A DNA stretch of 62,726 nucleotides, taken from Thermoproteota archaeon (GTDB lineage Archaea; Korarchaeota; Korarchaeia; Korarchaeales; Korarchaeaceae). Each line of letters opens with the position of its first letter. Within the stretch, counting starts at the first letter, position 1. The notes under the pieces were generated by a model that worked only from the letters and a program-made list of their open reading frames with translations, searched no databases and was not told where the DNA came from. This document shows, one piece after another, positions 17,481 through 28,464 of this stretch. Position numbers and translations under genes: made by a program. Location: NCBI GenBank assembly GCA_027491435.1, contig JAOZFG010000034.1, positions 1 to 62,726 of the forward strand, read 5' to 3'.

Positions 17481-20400
17481 GTGCAGGAGGTAGTTTATTT
17501 GATAATTCAATTGACTAGGAGATCTAGAAGAGATTCTTTTCTTCTCGTTGTCACAGCGTTGCTGTCCTTAACTATGATCTTCGATTCAACGTTGTTACAT
17601 GTGTCCGCACAACCACAACCCGAGTTATCCACAGATAAATTACATTACAGCCCCTTCCCTGATAAAGTCGTCGCTTTATGTTTTATCCTTTCCAACAGCG
17701 GTAGCGAGAGCGGGTTTAGGCCCGTAATCGAGCTAGTAGTTCCAGTAAATATAACGTTTCAGGGAGCCTCTTTCTTAGATAGCCCAATAGACTACGCAAC
17801 ATATACGATCCCTGATACGGGAAATTTAACGTACAACGTGGGCCGCTACGAGAGAACCGTAACTGGACAACCAGGTGCCGAAGTGGTCGTCTTGATGCCC
17901 CCTATAAATAACGTGCCGGTTGGGGAGCAAACCCCTGCCGTCTGTGCAGACCTTCTAGTGACGAAGGACGCCATTATAGGCAAAGACTACCTAGTTAACT
18001 CAACCTTGATATTCGCCTACGGCACGGATCCTCTTGATAACCCTAACGTGGATCCGCCTCAGGTGAGTTCACCTCTTCAGGTTACAATCACCCCTTCACT
18101 CATTAAAGTTAGGAAAGGTTTAAGCGGGACTTGGTCGGCTGATGTAGTTCCAACAGGACCCAACTACGCCTTTAACTACACTATAACGGTTTCTATGGCA
18201 GCTGTAAACTTCACTGATCTTATAATAAAAGACATGTTGCCTGAGGAAGCCATATACGTCAGGCTCGCTGAGGTAAAAAATATAACGAGTGGATCTGAGA
18301 TAACAGACTATGATATAATTGAGGAACCTTCTCCCGGCCAGTACGGCGGCAATCTAACCCTGAGGATTCCCAGAGTAATCGGCAATTCGGGGGACACCAT
18401 AGAGGTTAAGGTCACCATGTACTTCCCGTTCTACGACAAGAATGGCGCAGATCTGATAGGGTTTGACGCTCCTAAAGAGGTTAATAACGAAGTAGACGTC
18501 ACAGTCAGCTATAAGGGTAATCCAGCGTCGGCCACTAACCAGTCCAAGATTATGGCTAGCTCTATGACCTACCATAAAGGAGTTGAGATATACAGGGACA
18601 ACTATGCCCCTAACCTCTCAAGGTATGACATTTTAGAGTACACGGTCACCTTCTGGCTTTCAGACTACTACAACGTCTCTGTAATAACTTTCAATGATAC
18701 CTTGGGAGACGGCCAAAAGGTCTTGACTAATATGACCCCTGTGTTCCACGTGACCAACGGAACGCACGACTTCTCTGGACAGTTCTCTCCAGGCTCATAC
18801 ATATTCTCGCCAGATCACTCGGGCCCCGATGGGAGCACTCCTCTCTTCTTCAACCTGACCAAGGCCTTAGAGGATCAAGGAGTGCTAGGGGATCTAAGAG
18901 GAGGGATGGTAGGCAATGAAAGCTGGTCCTACAGCGGAGGGGACTTCAGATCACCCTTTGGAAGGGGCAGAACCTGGGGCTACATAAAGTTCTGGGCCTA
19001 CGTTGAGAAGGAGTATAGCTCTACCGTGCCTAGTGGCGATCAGGAAATTGACTCTGGAGACGTGTTGAGGAACGAGGTTATCATGACTTCGGAGTACTCG
19101 GACACGTCCACTGTGCCCCCGGATATAGGTCGCACCACCTCCCTCTCCATAAAGAGGCCTGTAGTGGAGAAGAGGATCGTCTACGTGAATGGAGCCCCTC
19201 CCACTAACCCAATTTACGTTAAGGCGGGCGATAAAGTAACCTACGAGCTAAAGGTGTACATCCCCACCGCCAACGCTGACGAGTTGGAGATAAAGGACAT
19301 GATCCCCCTGCCCGTGTTTAGGGTTGACTATGACAAATATGGACAAACCCCCTTCTACGACGGTCAGCTCCCGACGACCACGATACCGCCTCCTCCAGGG
19401 GAGTGGGCCATAGGCAGCGAGGATAACGTCACCTCAGTCACGGGTATACAGCCGACCCTGTCCGTGGACGAGACCAGAAACGAGCTAATTTTCAGTTACG
19501 GCAGCCCGATACATTCAGGAAACAATACACTTCTCGTGGTGGACATCCTTTACACCTTCACGGCCACGGATGATCCCTACGACGACCTCCTAGACTTAGC
19601 CAACCTAGTAACCATGAAATATAGTAACTCATTTAACGTGTTCACCTCTAAATCTTCAGAAACATTGGTTGCCACTTACTCACCGAGTCTAACTTTAAGT
19701 AAAGAGGTGGTCTCCTCAACCCAGGGAACTATTGAGAACGGAGACTTACAAGGGGCCGACGCCGGCGATACGGTCACCTTCCAGGTGAACGTGACTAACG
19801 TTGGACACAACGATGCTCACGACGTGGTAATAAAAGATGTAATACAGCCTCCCGGCGCAGGCTATTTACAAGATCTCCAGAATTTACACGTTTACGGGTG
19901 TGACGGAACTACTGAATGGGAATCCTCAACTTACACCCTAACCATAAGCCCCTCAAATGATAACCCGGAGGAGATCACCCTCTCCCTAAACGATAACGTG
20001 ATCTTGTCCCCTGGCTCGTGCATAGTGTTGAGGTATGACCTCACCCTCGCCCAGAGCGTGTACCCACTACAGGATTTGATCAACAATGGAAGTGTCGTAA
20101 GCTACTCTTCCATGGAAGGAGGCCAGAACTTCGTAGATCCTAATGATCCACTTACAGATGACGCCAAAGTCACTGTAGCCCAGCCGTCCATTGAGAAGTA
20201 CTTATTTTCCACTGATCAGAGCTTCACGCCCGACGACATCCTTGCCGTGGGCGAGGAGGCCGTCTTCGGCATCAGAGTGACCCTGCCTGAGGGAACTACA
20301 TCAGGCCTCGTTGTTAACGATACCTTACCGGAGGGTTTCACATACGAGTCGGTGGAGTTGGATTCAACTGGATTCGGGGGCAGTTTGCCCACCTACTCAG

Positions 20401-23400
20401 TTAACTACGATTCTAGCTCAAGGAACGTCACCATAACCTTCTCCGGAGATGCAGTCGTTAATAACAACAACGACCCTGGGGACAACTCCTTCCTGATAAA
20501 AGTGCACTCCAGAGTGGACAAGGACTCTGGATGGATCCCGTCAGCTAGCACCTGGGCCAGGACCAACAGGGTTAGCGTGGACTGGGATGGGAATCCCGGG
20601 ACTGAGCTGACGTCCACCTACGACGTGGAGGTGGCGACTCCGAAGGTCACTGTCACCAAGACTTTCTTCAACGAGGATTACACAACCATATCCAGCAAGG
20701 ACGCAGGAGATAAGGTGATAATGAGGGTTGAAATAGTCAGTGAGGGGGCAGCTGACGCATTCGACATTGAACTAATTGACGACCTAACTAACGTTCATGC
20801 AGACCTAGCAACCTTCGCTGAGGAAAGTAGAGCTGTCCCACCGGGCACTACAGTTTCATGGACAATATCATCTGGAAATTTGATCATTCAGGTGGATAAG
20901 TTGAGAAACATCACGGAGGATCTCTCCAACAGGAAAGTAACAATAGACTTCTCCTTCAATTTAGATGACCAGGTGGAGGCTGGGGAGACTTACTCCAACA
21001 CCATAAACTACGAGTATACCACGTTGCCAGGGGCCGACAGTTACGAGAAGACCTTCTCTGGAACCTATGCCGAGGATTTGAAGATAAAGGATCCGGAACT
21101 TGAGAAGGAGGTTCAGTCGTCATCAAACCCAGACACCTCCGGCGAGGATCTGGCCATAAGGGAGGAGGTCATCTTCCGCATAAAGGTGACCCTGCCTGAA
21201 GGTAACTTACAGGACATGGTGCTAGAGGACGTGTGGCCACAGGGCTTCGGTTACCTAGACCACACGATAGACGACACAACCCTGAACGGGAACTTGCCAA
21301 CCCCAAATCAAGTAGTAGATGAGGTTAACAGGAAGCTCAGGTTAGAGTTCAACGGTCTGACCCACGTTAACGCAGATAATGACCCAAACAACGATTACTT
21401 CTACGTAACTCTGGCCTTGAAGGTGCTGGACGACCCCAGCAACGTAGGATACCCGAGTAAAGGGGAGAAAATAAATCAAGTTTCCCTTTATTGGGACGTG
21501 GATAAGCAGGCAACGGCTCAAAAGGCAGTGTATGTGGTGGAACCTCACCTAGTTTTATCAAAGGAGTTTAATACCACAGTAGCTGACGCTGGTGACTGGG
21601 TGGAGGTCACTTTAACCCTCACCAACAATGGAAACAGCCCAGCTTACGAGGTAAATGTATCAGACGTGCTGAGTGGGGATGTGTTCGACCTCAACACAGT
21701 TACTGAGGTGTCAACGCCAGCTGGCTTCACTTACGACTTTGACGTGGGTACTGGGAAGGTGAGTTACTCAGGAAGCCGGGTAGATGTAGGGGAAACGTTC
21801 ACTTTCAAGTTCGCCGCCAAGCTTAGGGATGACGTGACGACCCTGTCCAGCTACAACGACGTAGCCCTCGCTGAAGGGAGCAGTATGCCCGATCACCTGG
21901 AAGGTGAGAGGACTTACCCAGCTGAAGGTTCGGCCACCCTAGACGTAGGCGAGGCGATCTTGAGCAAGCAACTAGTAGACACCAGTGAGCCTACTGAGGG
22001 CAATGAGGTGACCGTAGGGGAGATTGTGATCTACAACTTGACGGCGTCTGTGCCAGAAGGCACCCTCAATAACGTGACCTTCTACGACGTATTGCCAGCC
22101 GATTCTAACGCGCTCATGTCATTCATGAACGCCAACATAACGACTAATAAGGCGGGAGTATCCAGCAGCGAGGTCACTCTCACCCCTGGCTCCTGGACCG
22201 AGATAACGCCGACGCAGACGGGCAACGTGCTGGCCTTCTACCTGGGTGACATAACCAACACCAACGACGACGTGGAGCAGGAGACCATAACCGTTAGGGT
22301 GAAGCTACTCGTGCTTAACCTACCCGAAAATCAAGCAGGTAGTAAACTCGTCAATTCCTTCAAGATAGGGTACACCAACTCCTCTAACGATTACGTGTAC
22401 AGCGATGAAGTGCAACATACTCTGACAGTCGTTGAACCTCAACTCTGGTCCGTCCTGACCGCTGACCCGATAACGGTCGGCTGGAGTGGTGACGAGGTCG
22501 TGCTCCAGTTTAACGTGACCAACTTGGACACAGCTACCTCGAGCACTGCCTACGATCTTGACATATTATCGCTGCTCCCTCCAGAGTTCTCCGACCTCCA
22601 GGTGCTGAACATCGACTCTTCAAACGCTGGCCCTGTAGTTGACTCGTCCACCTCTGGCGAGCTGAAACTGCACTCATCTTACCTCCAGCCAGGCGGGTGG
22701 ATCAACGTAACCTTCAAGGTGGTGCTCCAACCTAACGCCATATTCGGTCAGAGGATAGAGATAGAGGCCTGCGCCAACGGTACAACCACTCCAGGAAGTA
22801 AAGGAAGTTGGAACGAAATTCCTGGTGATCCAGGAGAGCAGAACGGAGAGAGAATCGGGAATGGGGTCTCGCCCAATAACATAAGGACCTGTGATCCAGC
22901 GTCGGTCACCGTAGGCACTCCCAACGTCGACAAGGACGTCCTAACCCCTAAGGTTAGGTACGCTCCAGGAGATATAGTTAGGTACCAGATAACGATAGGC
23001 ACGCCGAAGGGATCCACTAGCGACCTGAAGATTACTGACACCCTGGCAGAGGGACTTCTCTACTCCAACGATCTGGACGTGGAGGTGCCGAGTGGCGTCA
23101 CGATCTCCAACACGCCAGGGGAATTGCCGCCCTTCTTCTCTCACACTGACACTGGAACCACTGAAATCTTGGTTTTTGACTTCGGCTCCTTCACCAACTC
23201 GAACAGCGGAGGTGTTAACTCCTACATAAGGTTCACCGCCACCGTGGAGGATAAAGCTGGCAACGTGGATGGAAAGGTCCTGAGCAACGAGGCGCTCCTC
23301 ACTTATTTGGACAGCGACTCCAACGAGAAGGACGTAGGCCCTGTAAGCGTGACAATCACGTTAGGTGAGCCTGAGCTGAGCGATCTAAATAAGGTCAATC

Positions 23401-25844
23401 TGTCAGACCTGAGAGGAGGGCAAGTGAGCTGGTTCCTGCTCAGTTTCCGTAACTCAGGAAGTACAGCTGCCTACGACACGAACGTGACGGACGTGTTACC
23501 TCCGGAGCTCAGGGGAGATGTTCCCGAAGTAAGCTACGTGAAGATAGGGAGCAGAACTTTAACTGATGGTGACTATGAAGTTAACTATTATGAGTCTAAC
23601 GGCACCCTTAAGATACACTTCATCACGCCTAGCGAGGACTCTAACGCGAGGATAGAGCCTGGCGAACCTGTGGAAATAAAGGTAGGCGCTAGGGCTCTCC
23701 CACACGTCCCCTTAAGTTACGGGGCGGTGAACTCGTTTACTTTGAAGTACTCATCAAGGCCAGGGTCAGCTGATGAAGAGAGGAGCTACTCAGCCGGGCC
23801 GTCAAGCGTTGTGATCTATTCCCAGGACCCTGCGGTTAGCAAGATAGTCCTATCAACTGAGACTCCGCCTCCAGACCCAAGCGACTTAACCAGGAGCAGG
23901 GCCACGGTTGACGAGATCATCATGTACAACGTCACCTTCAAGATGCCTCAGGGCACCTGGGCTGAGGATGTGGAGTTCCACGACACTTTACCCGATGGGT
24001 TAGAGGTAATAAACGCTACAGCTAGGGGGTTAAATGCTACAGGTTTAATTACAGGGACCGCTAGCGTTACGGAGGCCAGTGGAAGGTATTACGTCACTGC
24101 CACCTTTGGTAAGTTGGTGGATGCTGAGGTAAACGTCACGATCTACGCAAGGGTCAATTACTACTACTCCGGTGGAGCTCCAGTTAGAGCGGGCGACTTA
24201 CTGATTAACGGCAACGAAACTAACCCGAGCTATTACTCCTGGAGCAACGGAATCGAAACTAAGAGGAAGGACAGCAACGAGGTAATTACCGAGGTAGTAA
24301 AGAGCGAAGCTAATCTGACCATAAGAAAGTCGTTCAACCCCAAGCTGCTCAGGTTCGGCGACGTGACCGTGGCCACTATAACGGTGGTGAACAGGGGTAA
24401 CGGAACCTCATATCAAACAGTCCTACAAGACGAGTTCTGCAACAGTTTTGAATTTCTAAACGCCAGTGTAGATCCAGATAGCGTGGCCGGAAACGTGTTA
24501 ACCTGGAACATAGGCGAACTGAGGCCCGGAGAAATGTGGACAGTTGACGTTGCCTTTAAGCTGTCCTCGTGTGACTGTCTAAACAACAACGCCACAGTGT
24601 CTTACATCAACCCAGGTGATCCGTCAACCGTTAAGGAGGTGAAGGCCAACGACAGCGTGGACGTAGTTAAGGAGCTGGACTTCATTAAGTTGGCTGAACC
24701 TGAAAACCTGAAACCAGGTGACGCAGTGAAGTTCAGCTTGTTAGTACATAACCCAACGTGCATGGTGGTCGATAAGCTAAACTTCACCGATAAGCTGCCA
24801 GAAGGGCTCACTTATATAGCTGGAAGCTCTAAACTGAACGGCACGGAAGTGAATCCCAACGGGTCTAAGTTGACGTGGAACGCCTCCCTTACCCTAAACC
24901 CTGGCGAATCTTACTTGCTGGAGTTCTTCGCTAAGGCCTCCCCAGGCATTAGCGGGGAGTTAATCAACCTCGCACTAGTACAGGGAATAGGAGATGGCTT
25001 ACTAGTGGAGGCTAACGATACAGCTTCAGTCAACGTGAGGGGGGAGAGGGGCAGGGTCCTCTTCTCCAAGAAGAGCTATTCCAGGGACGTCAAAGTAAAT
25101 GACACGGTGAAATTCACCATAACTGTGGTAAACAGATGGAACGCCCCGATAACGGATATAGACGTGTGGGACGTGCTCCCCTGTTGCATGACCTTTGAGA
25201 GGAGTCTCGGCCCAGAACCTGAACGCCCAAGCGGGCTTCCACCAGGTACAGTAGTTAGAAAGGCAGGAAATGTCTCAACCAACGCCTTAAAGAGGTGTAG
25301 CGGGGAAAGAATACTGAAGTGGCACATAGATTGGATGGACCCAGGGGATAGCTTTACTATAGAGTTCGAGGCCAAAGTTAAGTGCTCCGGTTTGCTGAAG
25401 AACACCGCAAAGATCTTCTACAAGACGGAAGGCGGCCTTAAATGCTCCGGAAGATCTGACGCGCTGGTCTACAGCTACTCATCCCCAGTCATAGTGAAGA
25501 GGAGCACGGGCCGAGTGTCAAAGATAGGGGGCACTACAGTTCATCAAACTCCTGGGGAAATATCAACTGAGGGCGAGAAGGCGCCTATCGCCAAGGAAAA
25601 CTCCACTCAAGTAGAGGAAAAGAGTACTGAGGTAAAGGAAGTGGAGGCCAAAGAAACCACGACGCCTAAGGAAACAGCTAAGGGAGAAGCTCAGGTAAGT
25701 GAGAAGACAACTACTTCCAACAAAGAGGAAGGGCGTAAAGAGAGCTCATCTCTACCAACTTCCTGGCTAGCATTCTTGTTAGCAGTTGCCTTCATAGCTC
25801 TGGCTCTCTACTTAACCTTGAGAAGAAGGGGCTTTGGGCAGTAA
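17481..25844 (+). CDS. Giant cell-surface protein with tandem DUF11/isopeptide-forming Ig-like domains
   Basis: Signal peptide; ~16 repeats with Lys in the first strand, D-x-L-P-x-G and Asn in the last strand; Glu/Lys/Thr linker; C-terminal TM followed by RRR. Start may be TTG 17499. Confidence 0.85.
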   Translation: MQEVVYLIIQLTRRSRRDSFLLVVTALLSLTMIFDSTLLHVSAQPQPELSTDKLHYSPFPDKVVALCFILSNSGSESGFRPVIELVVPVNITFQGASFLDSPIDYATYTIPDTGNLTYNVGRYERTVTGQPGAEVVVLMPPINNVPVGEQTPAVCADLLVTKDAIIGKDYLVNSTLIFAYGTDPLDNPNVDPPQVSSPLQVTITPSLIKVRKGLSGTWSADVVPTGPNYAFNYTITVSMAAVNFTDLIIKDMLPEEAIYVRLAEVKNITSGSEITDYDIIEEPSPGQYGGNLTLRIPRVIGNSGDTIEVKVTMYFPFYDKNGADLIGFDAPKEVNNEVDVTVSYKGNPASATNQSKIMASSMTYHKGVEIYRDNYAPNLSRYDILEYTVTFWLSDYYNVSVITFNDTLGDGQKVLTNMTPVFHVTNGTHDFSGQFSPGSYIFSPDHSGPDGSTPLFFNLTKALEDQGVLGDLRGGMVGNESWSYSGGDFRSPFGRGRTWGYIKFWAYVEKEYSSTVPSGDQEIDSGDVLRNEVIMTSEYSDTSTVPPDIGRTTSLSIKRPVVEKRIVYVNGAPPTNPIYVKAGDKVTYELKVYIPTANADELEIKDMIPLPVFRVDYDKYGQTPFYDGQLPTTTIPPPPGEWAIGSEDNVTSVTGIQPTLSVDETRNELIFSYGSPIHSGNNTLLVVDILYTFTATDDPYDDLLDLANLVTMKYSNSFNVFTSKSSETLVATYSPSLTLSKEVVSSTQGTIENGDLQGADAGDTVTFQVNVTNVGHNDAHDVVIKDVIQPPGAGYLQDLQNLHVYGCDGTTEWESSTYTLTISPSNDNPEEITLSLNDNVILSPGSCIVLRYDLTLAQSVYPLQDLINNGSVVSYSSMEGGQNFVDPNDPLTDDAKVTVAQPSIEKYLFSTDQSFTPDDILAVGEEAVFGIRVTLPEGTTSGLVVNDTLPEGFTYESVELDSTGFGGSLPTYSVNYDSSSRNVTITFSGDAVVNNNNDPGDNSFLIKVHSRVDKDSGWIPSASTWARTNRVSVDWDGNPGTELTSTYDVEVATPKVTVTKTFFNEDYTTISSKDAGDKVIMRVEIVSEGAADAFDIELIDDLTNVHADLATFAEESRAVPPGTTVSWTISSGNLIIQVDKLRNITEDLSNRKVTIDFSFNLDDQVEAGETYSNTINYEYTTLPGADSYEKTFSGTYAEDLKIKDPELEKEVQSSSNPDTSGEDLAIREEVIFRIKVTLPEGNLQDMVLEDVWPQGFGYLDHTIDDTTLNGNLPTPNQVVDEVNRKLRLEFNGLTHVNADNDPNNDYFYVTLALKVLDDPSNVGYPSKGEKINQVSLYWDVDKQATAQKAVYVVEPHLVLSKEFNTTVADAGDWVEVTLTLTNNGNSPAYEVNVSDVLSGDVFDLNTVTEVSTPAGFTYDFDVGTGKVSYSGSRVDVGETFTFKFAAKLRDDVTTLSSYNDVALAEGSSMPDHLEGERTYPAEGSATLDVGEAILSKQLVDTSEPTEGNEVTVGEIVIYNLTASVPEGTLNNVTFYDVLPADSNALMSFMNANITTNKAGVSSSEVTLTPGSWTEITPTQTGNVLAFYLGDITNTNDDVEQETITVRVKLLVLNLPENQAGSKLVNSFKIGYTNSSNDYVYSDEVQHTLTVVEPQLWSVLTADPITVGWSGDEVVLQFNVTNLDTATSSTAYDLDILSLLPPEFSDLQVLNIDSSNAGPVVDSSTSGELKLHSSYLQPGGWINVTFKVVLQPNAIFGQRIEIEACANGTTTPGSKGSWNEIPGDPGEQNGERIGNGVSPNNIRTCDPASVTVGTPNVDKDVLTPKVRYAPGDIVRYQITIGTPKGSTSDLKITDTLAEGLLYSNDLDVEVPSGVTISNTPGELPPFFSHTDTGTTEILVFDFGSFTNSNSGGVNSYIRFTATVEDKAGNVDGKVLSNEALLTYLDSDSNEKDVGPVSVTITLGEPELSDLNKVNLSDLRGGQVSWFLLSFRNSGSTAAYDTNVTDVLPPELRGDVPEVSYVKIGSRTLTDGDYEVNYYESNGTLKIHFITPSEDSNARIEPGEPVEIKVGARALPHVPLSYGAVNSFTLKYSSRPGSADEERSYSAGPSSVVIYSQDPAVSKIVLSTETPPPDPSDLTRSRATVDEIIMYNVTFKMPQGTWAEDVEFHDTLPDGLEVINATARGLNATGLITGTASVTEASGRYYVTATFGKLVDAEVNVTIYARVNYYYSGGAPVRAGDLLINGNETNPSYYSWSNGIETKRKDSNEVITEVVKSEANLTIRKSFNPKLLRFGDVTVATITVVNRGNGTSYQTVLQDEFCNSFEFLNASVDPDSVAGNVLTWNIGELRPGEMWTVDVAFKLSSCDCLNNNATVSYINPGDPSTVKEVKANDSVDVVKELDFIKLAEPENLKPGDAVKFSLLVHNPTCMVVDKLNFTDKLPEGLTYIAGSSKLNGTEVNPNGSKLTWNASLTLNPGESYLLEFFAKASPGISGELINLALVQGIGDGLLVEANDTASVNVRGERGRVLFSKKSYSRDVKVNDTVKFTITVVNRWNAPITDIDVWDVLPCCMTFERSLGPEPERPSGLPPGTVVRKAGNVSTNALKRCSGERILKWHIDWMDPGDSFTIEFEAKVKCSGLLKNTAKIFYKTEGGLKCSGRSDALVYSYSSPVIVKRSTGRVSKIGGTTVHQTPGEISTEGEKAPIAKENSTQVEEKSTEVKEVEAKETTTPKETAKGEAQVSEKTTTSNKEEGRKESSSLPTSWLAFLLAVAFIALALYLTLRRRGFGQ

Positions 25845-25875
25845 TACCTCTTTTTAATTTTTCTCTTTTTTCCTT
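25845..25875 (+). terminator. Oligo-T archaeal terminator
   Basis: Several T-runs directly after the stop codon. Confidence 0.55.
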
Positions 25876-25962
25876 GAAACTATATTACTTATTAATCATT
25901 ACAGCCCAGCTTACCTAGAAAAAGTGTGATAAAGATAAGCTTGGCTTGATCATTAATTTTCC

Positions 25963-26973
25963 CTAAGCATGTCCGAGTTTCCTCATGGCTTCCCTTATAG
26001 TTTGTATATCAATGGCTGTCTCAGCTATGTCCAAGCTGTAGCCCAATATCCTATTTATGCTGTTCACGATGATCTGGAACCTTGACTCAACAAATTCCTC
26101 CTCCCTCATTAGCTTGGCGGCCTCGTCAATAACCTTGGCCGCCTTAGAGGCAAGCTCTGCATCCGGGTTCAAGAAGGCCTTTGAAGATTCGTCAAATAGC
26201 TCCTTAGCATTTCTGAACTCATCTACCAGGTGATCGGGGATCTCCTGGCCTTCAGAAATTAGGGAAGCAGATCTAGCCGATATGATAGATACATGATCGG
26301 CTATTCTCTCCATAGATTTTACGGCTAAGAACATATAAGGGGCCTCAGCAGCTGTTTCTATCCCATACTCTTTTACCGAAATTGGGTTAATAAGTATACT
26401 GGTAATCTGCTTCACCACAAATAGGTACAGCTTGTCGACGAGCTGATCCTGATCTATCACGCTCTTTAGTACTATGGCATCTCTCTTATCCATGCCCTCA
26501 ATGGCGTCATCCATCATGTAGTATACCCCCTCGTAGAGTTTGAAGATAGCATCCCTTAAGTCTATACTTTCCTCGTCGATAACGGAATAAAATGTAAAGG
26601 AAAATCTGCTCTCCTTAAGCACACTGAATCCTAGAATCGACGACTCTAATATTCTTCTTACATTCATCGCGAGCTCCCTATCCTTGGGATCGAACCTTAG
26701 GGTGAGATTGGAGAAGCCAGCTAGGTAGGCTGCTATTACCCTCCTTATCAGGCTTCCTAAGTCATCTTCTTCAATAAAAATTTCTTTTGACAGAGACTTC
26801 TTCTCCCTGCGGTAACTCGCATAAATTTTCAACGATCCATCCGATAGTATTTCTATATATAATTTTGATCCCTTATTCAATCTTAAAGATTTGACCCATT
26901 CCTTAGGTAGCGATATCGTATATGTAGTCCTGCCGGTGAGCTGGAGATTTCTAACGTAGAGCTTCCTCCGCAT
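25963..26973 (-). CDS. phoU: AbrB-PhoU phosphate uptake regulator
   Basis: N-terminal 'RNLQLTGRTTYTISLPKEW' AbrB domain; 'MERIADH' PhoU motif. Confidence 0.88.
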   Translation of the reverse strand: MRRKLYVRNLQLTGRTTYTISLPKEWVKSLRLNKGSKLYIEILSDGSLKIYASYRREKKSLSKEIFIEEDDLGSLIRRVIAAYLAGFSNLTLRFDPKDRELAMNVRRILESSILGFSVLKESRFSFTFYSVIDEESIDLRDAIFKLYEGVYYMMDDAIEGMDKRDAIVLKSVIDQDQLVDKLYLFVVKQITSILINPISVKEYGIETAAEAPYMFLAVKSMERIADHVSIISARSASLISEGQEIPDHLVDEFRNAKELFDESSKAFLNPDAELASKAAKVIDEAAKLMREEEFVESRFQIIVNSINRILGYSLDIAETAIDIQTIREAMRKLGHA

Positions 26974-27076
26974 AACCCCACCTACTTACACTATATAGTT
27001 TACTGCTAAAACTATTTTTACATACATAAATGTTAAGAAAAGCACGTAGTTCTGGACATAGCCAAGGTGGCGAGGT

Positions 27077-28216
27077 ATGAGAACGAGCTACGCGCTAGCG
27101 ATATTTATCGTAGTGCTAGCGGGACTAGGATATCTCTTTTTCCTTACAGGAAAAAACCCATTTGGAAGCCCTGGTCCTGCTCACCCACAAACCGTTACTA
27201 AGACGGGCCCCGTGACAAGCAAGAAGGTCAAGCTCTTAGGTTCAGGGGCTACGTTCCCTTACCCTCAGCTAGCAGCTTGGCTAGACGATTTCCACAAGAA
27301 GCACCCAGATATAACCATAAGCTATAATCCGATAGGAAGCGGAGCTGGGCAGAAGCAGTTCTTCTCTAGGTTGGTGGACTTCGCCGGCACAGACCCGCCC
27401 GTAACCAGGGCTAAGTGGCAGGAGTGGAATGGCAAGTTCGTGCAGATTCCATACCTTCTTGGAGGCGTGGTTATAACTTATAACTTACCTGAACTTTCAG
27501 GTCATGAACTTAAATTAGATGCCGAGACAATAGCCCTGATCTTTAAAGCTGAAATAAAGTACTGGGACGACCCCAGAATATCGTCACTGAACCCTGGAGT
27601 TAAGCTCCCCCATAAAAAGATAATAGCAGTCCACAGGTCTGACTCGAGCGGGACCACGAACATATTTACTTTCTTCCTACACAAGGCTGCCCCTAACGTA
27701 TGGCCTAAGAGCCTAGTTGGCAAGACCATAGAGTGGCCTGTGGATGGGGCGGGGAATGGCCTTGGGGGAAAGGGGAACCAAGGCGTGGCCCAAATAATCT
27801 TATCAACTGAGTACTCAATAGGTTACGTGGAATTAGCTTATGCCTTGGAGAGTAAGATGCCGGTAGCCCTCATAAAGAACAGGGAGGGCAAATTCGTCAG
27901 ACCTACTACTGAGACCACAACAGCCGCTGCCGTTGGAGCCCTATCTTCCCTACCGAAAACTCCCCTGGACGACTTCAGCGAGGACCTAAATGCTGTGATA
28001 TTTGCCCCTGGCGAGAACGCCTATCCACTGACGGCCTTTACACACCTTCTCTTCTACACAAAGTACGATGACCCAGATAAGCTGAGGGCCATAAAAGAGT
28101 TCATAAAATACGTGAATACCGAGGGACAGGATAAGATAGTACCGGGCTATGCCCCTATACCAGAGGAACTTAGGAAAATCAACCTAAAGGCGTTGGAAAT
28201 AATAGAGGGGCCTTGA
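27077..28216 (+). CDS. pstS: Phosphate ABC transporter substrate-binding protein
   Basis: 'GSGATFPYP', 'GSGAG', 'DFAGTD', 'HRSDSSGTT', 'IGYVELAYA'. Confidence 0.93.
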   Translation: MRTSYALAIFIVVLAGLGYLFFLTGKNPFGSPGPAHPQTVTKTGPVTSKKVKLLGSGATFPYPQLAAWLDDFHKKHPDITISYNPIGSGAGQKQFFSRLVDFAGTDPPVTRAKWQEWNGKFVQIPYLLGGVVITYNLPELSGHELKLDAETIALIFKAEIKYWDDPRISSLNPGVKLPHKKIIAVHRSDSSGTTNIFTFFLHKAAPNVWPKSLVGKTIEWPVDGAGNGLGGKGNQGVAQIILSTEYSIGYVELAYALESKMPVALIKNREGKFVRPTTETTTAAAVGALSSLPKTPLDDFSEDLNAVIFAPGENAYPLTAFTHLLFYTKYDDPDKLRAIKEFIKYVNTEGQDKIVPGYAPIPEELRKINLKALEIIEGP

Positions 28217-28439
28217 ACCCTCCTTAACTTTTTTCAACATAAATTGTACATGAACTCAATTCAGAAATCATGCTACAATACACAGCGTGAAGGCGGGGTG
28301 ATACTACTTACAAGAGGGATCTTCAATTCACCAACGTAAAAGGGCTTTAATAAGCTCTAGTTATCCCTGATCCCCTCTATTGCCTTAAAATTCTTGGTCT
28401 TGTGACCGTGAGAAATTTAACTAAACTACGGCTAACTTA

Positions 28440-28461
28440 TATTATAGCCTGGGCTATAATA
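28440..28461. promoter_or_regulatory. Palindrome between TATA box and start codon (candidate operator)
   Basis: TATTATAGCC-TG-GGCTATAATA, perfect 10-bp arms. Confidence 0.6.
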
Positions 28462-28464
28462 GTT

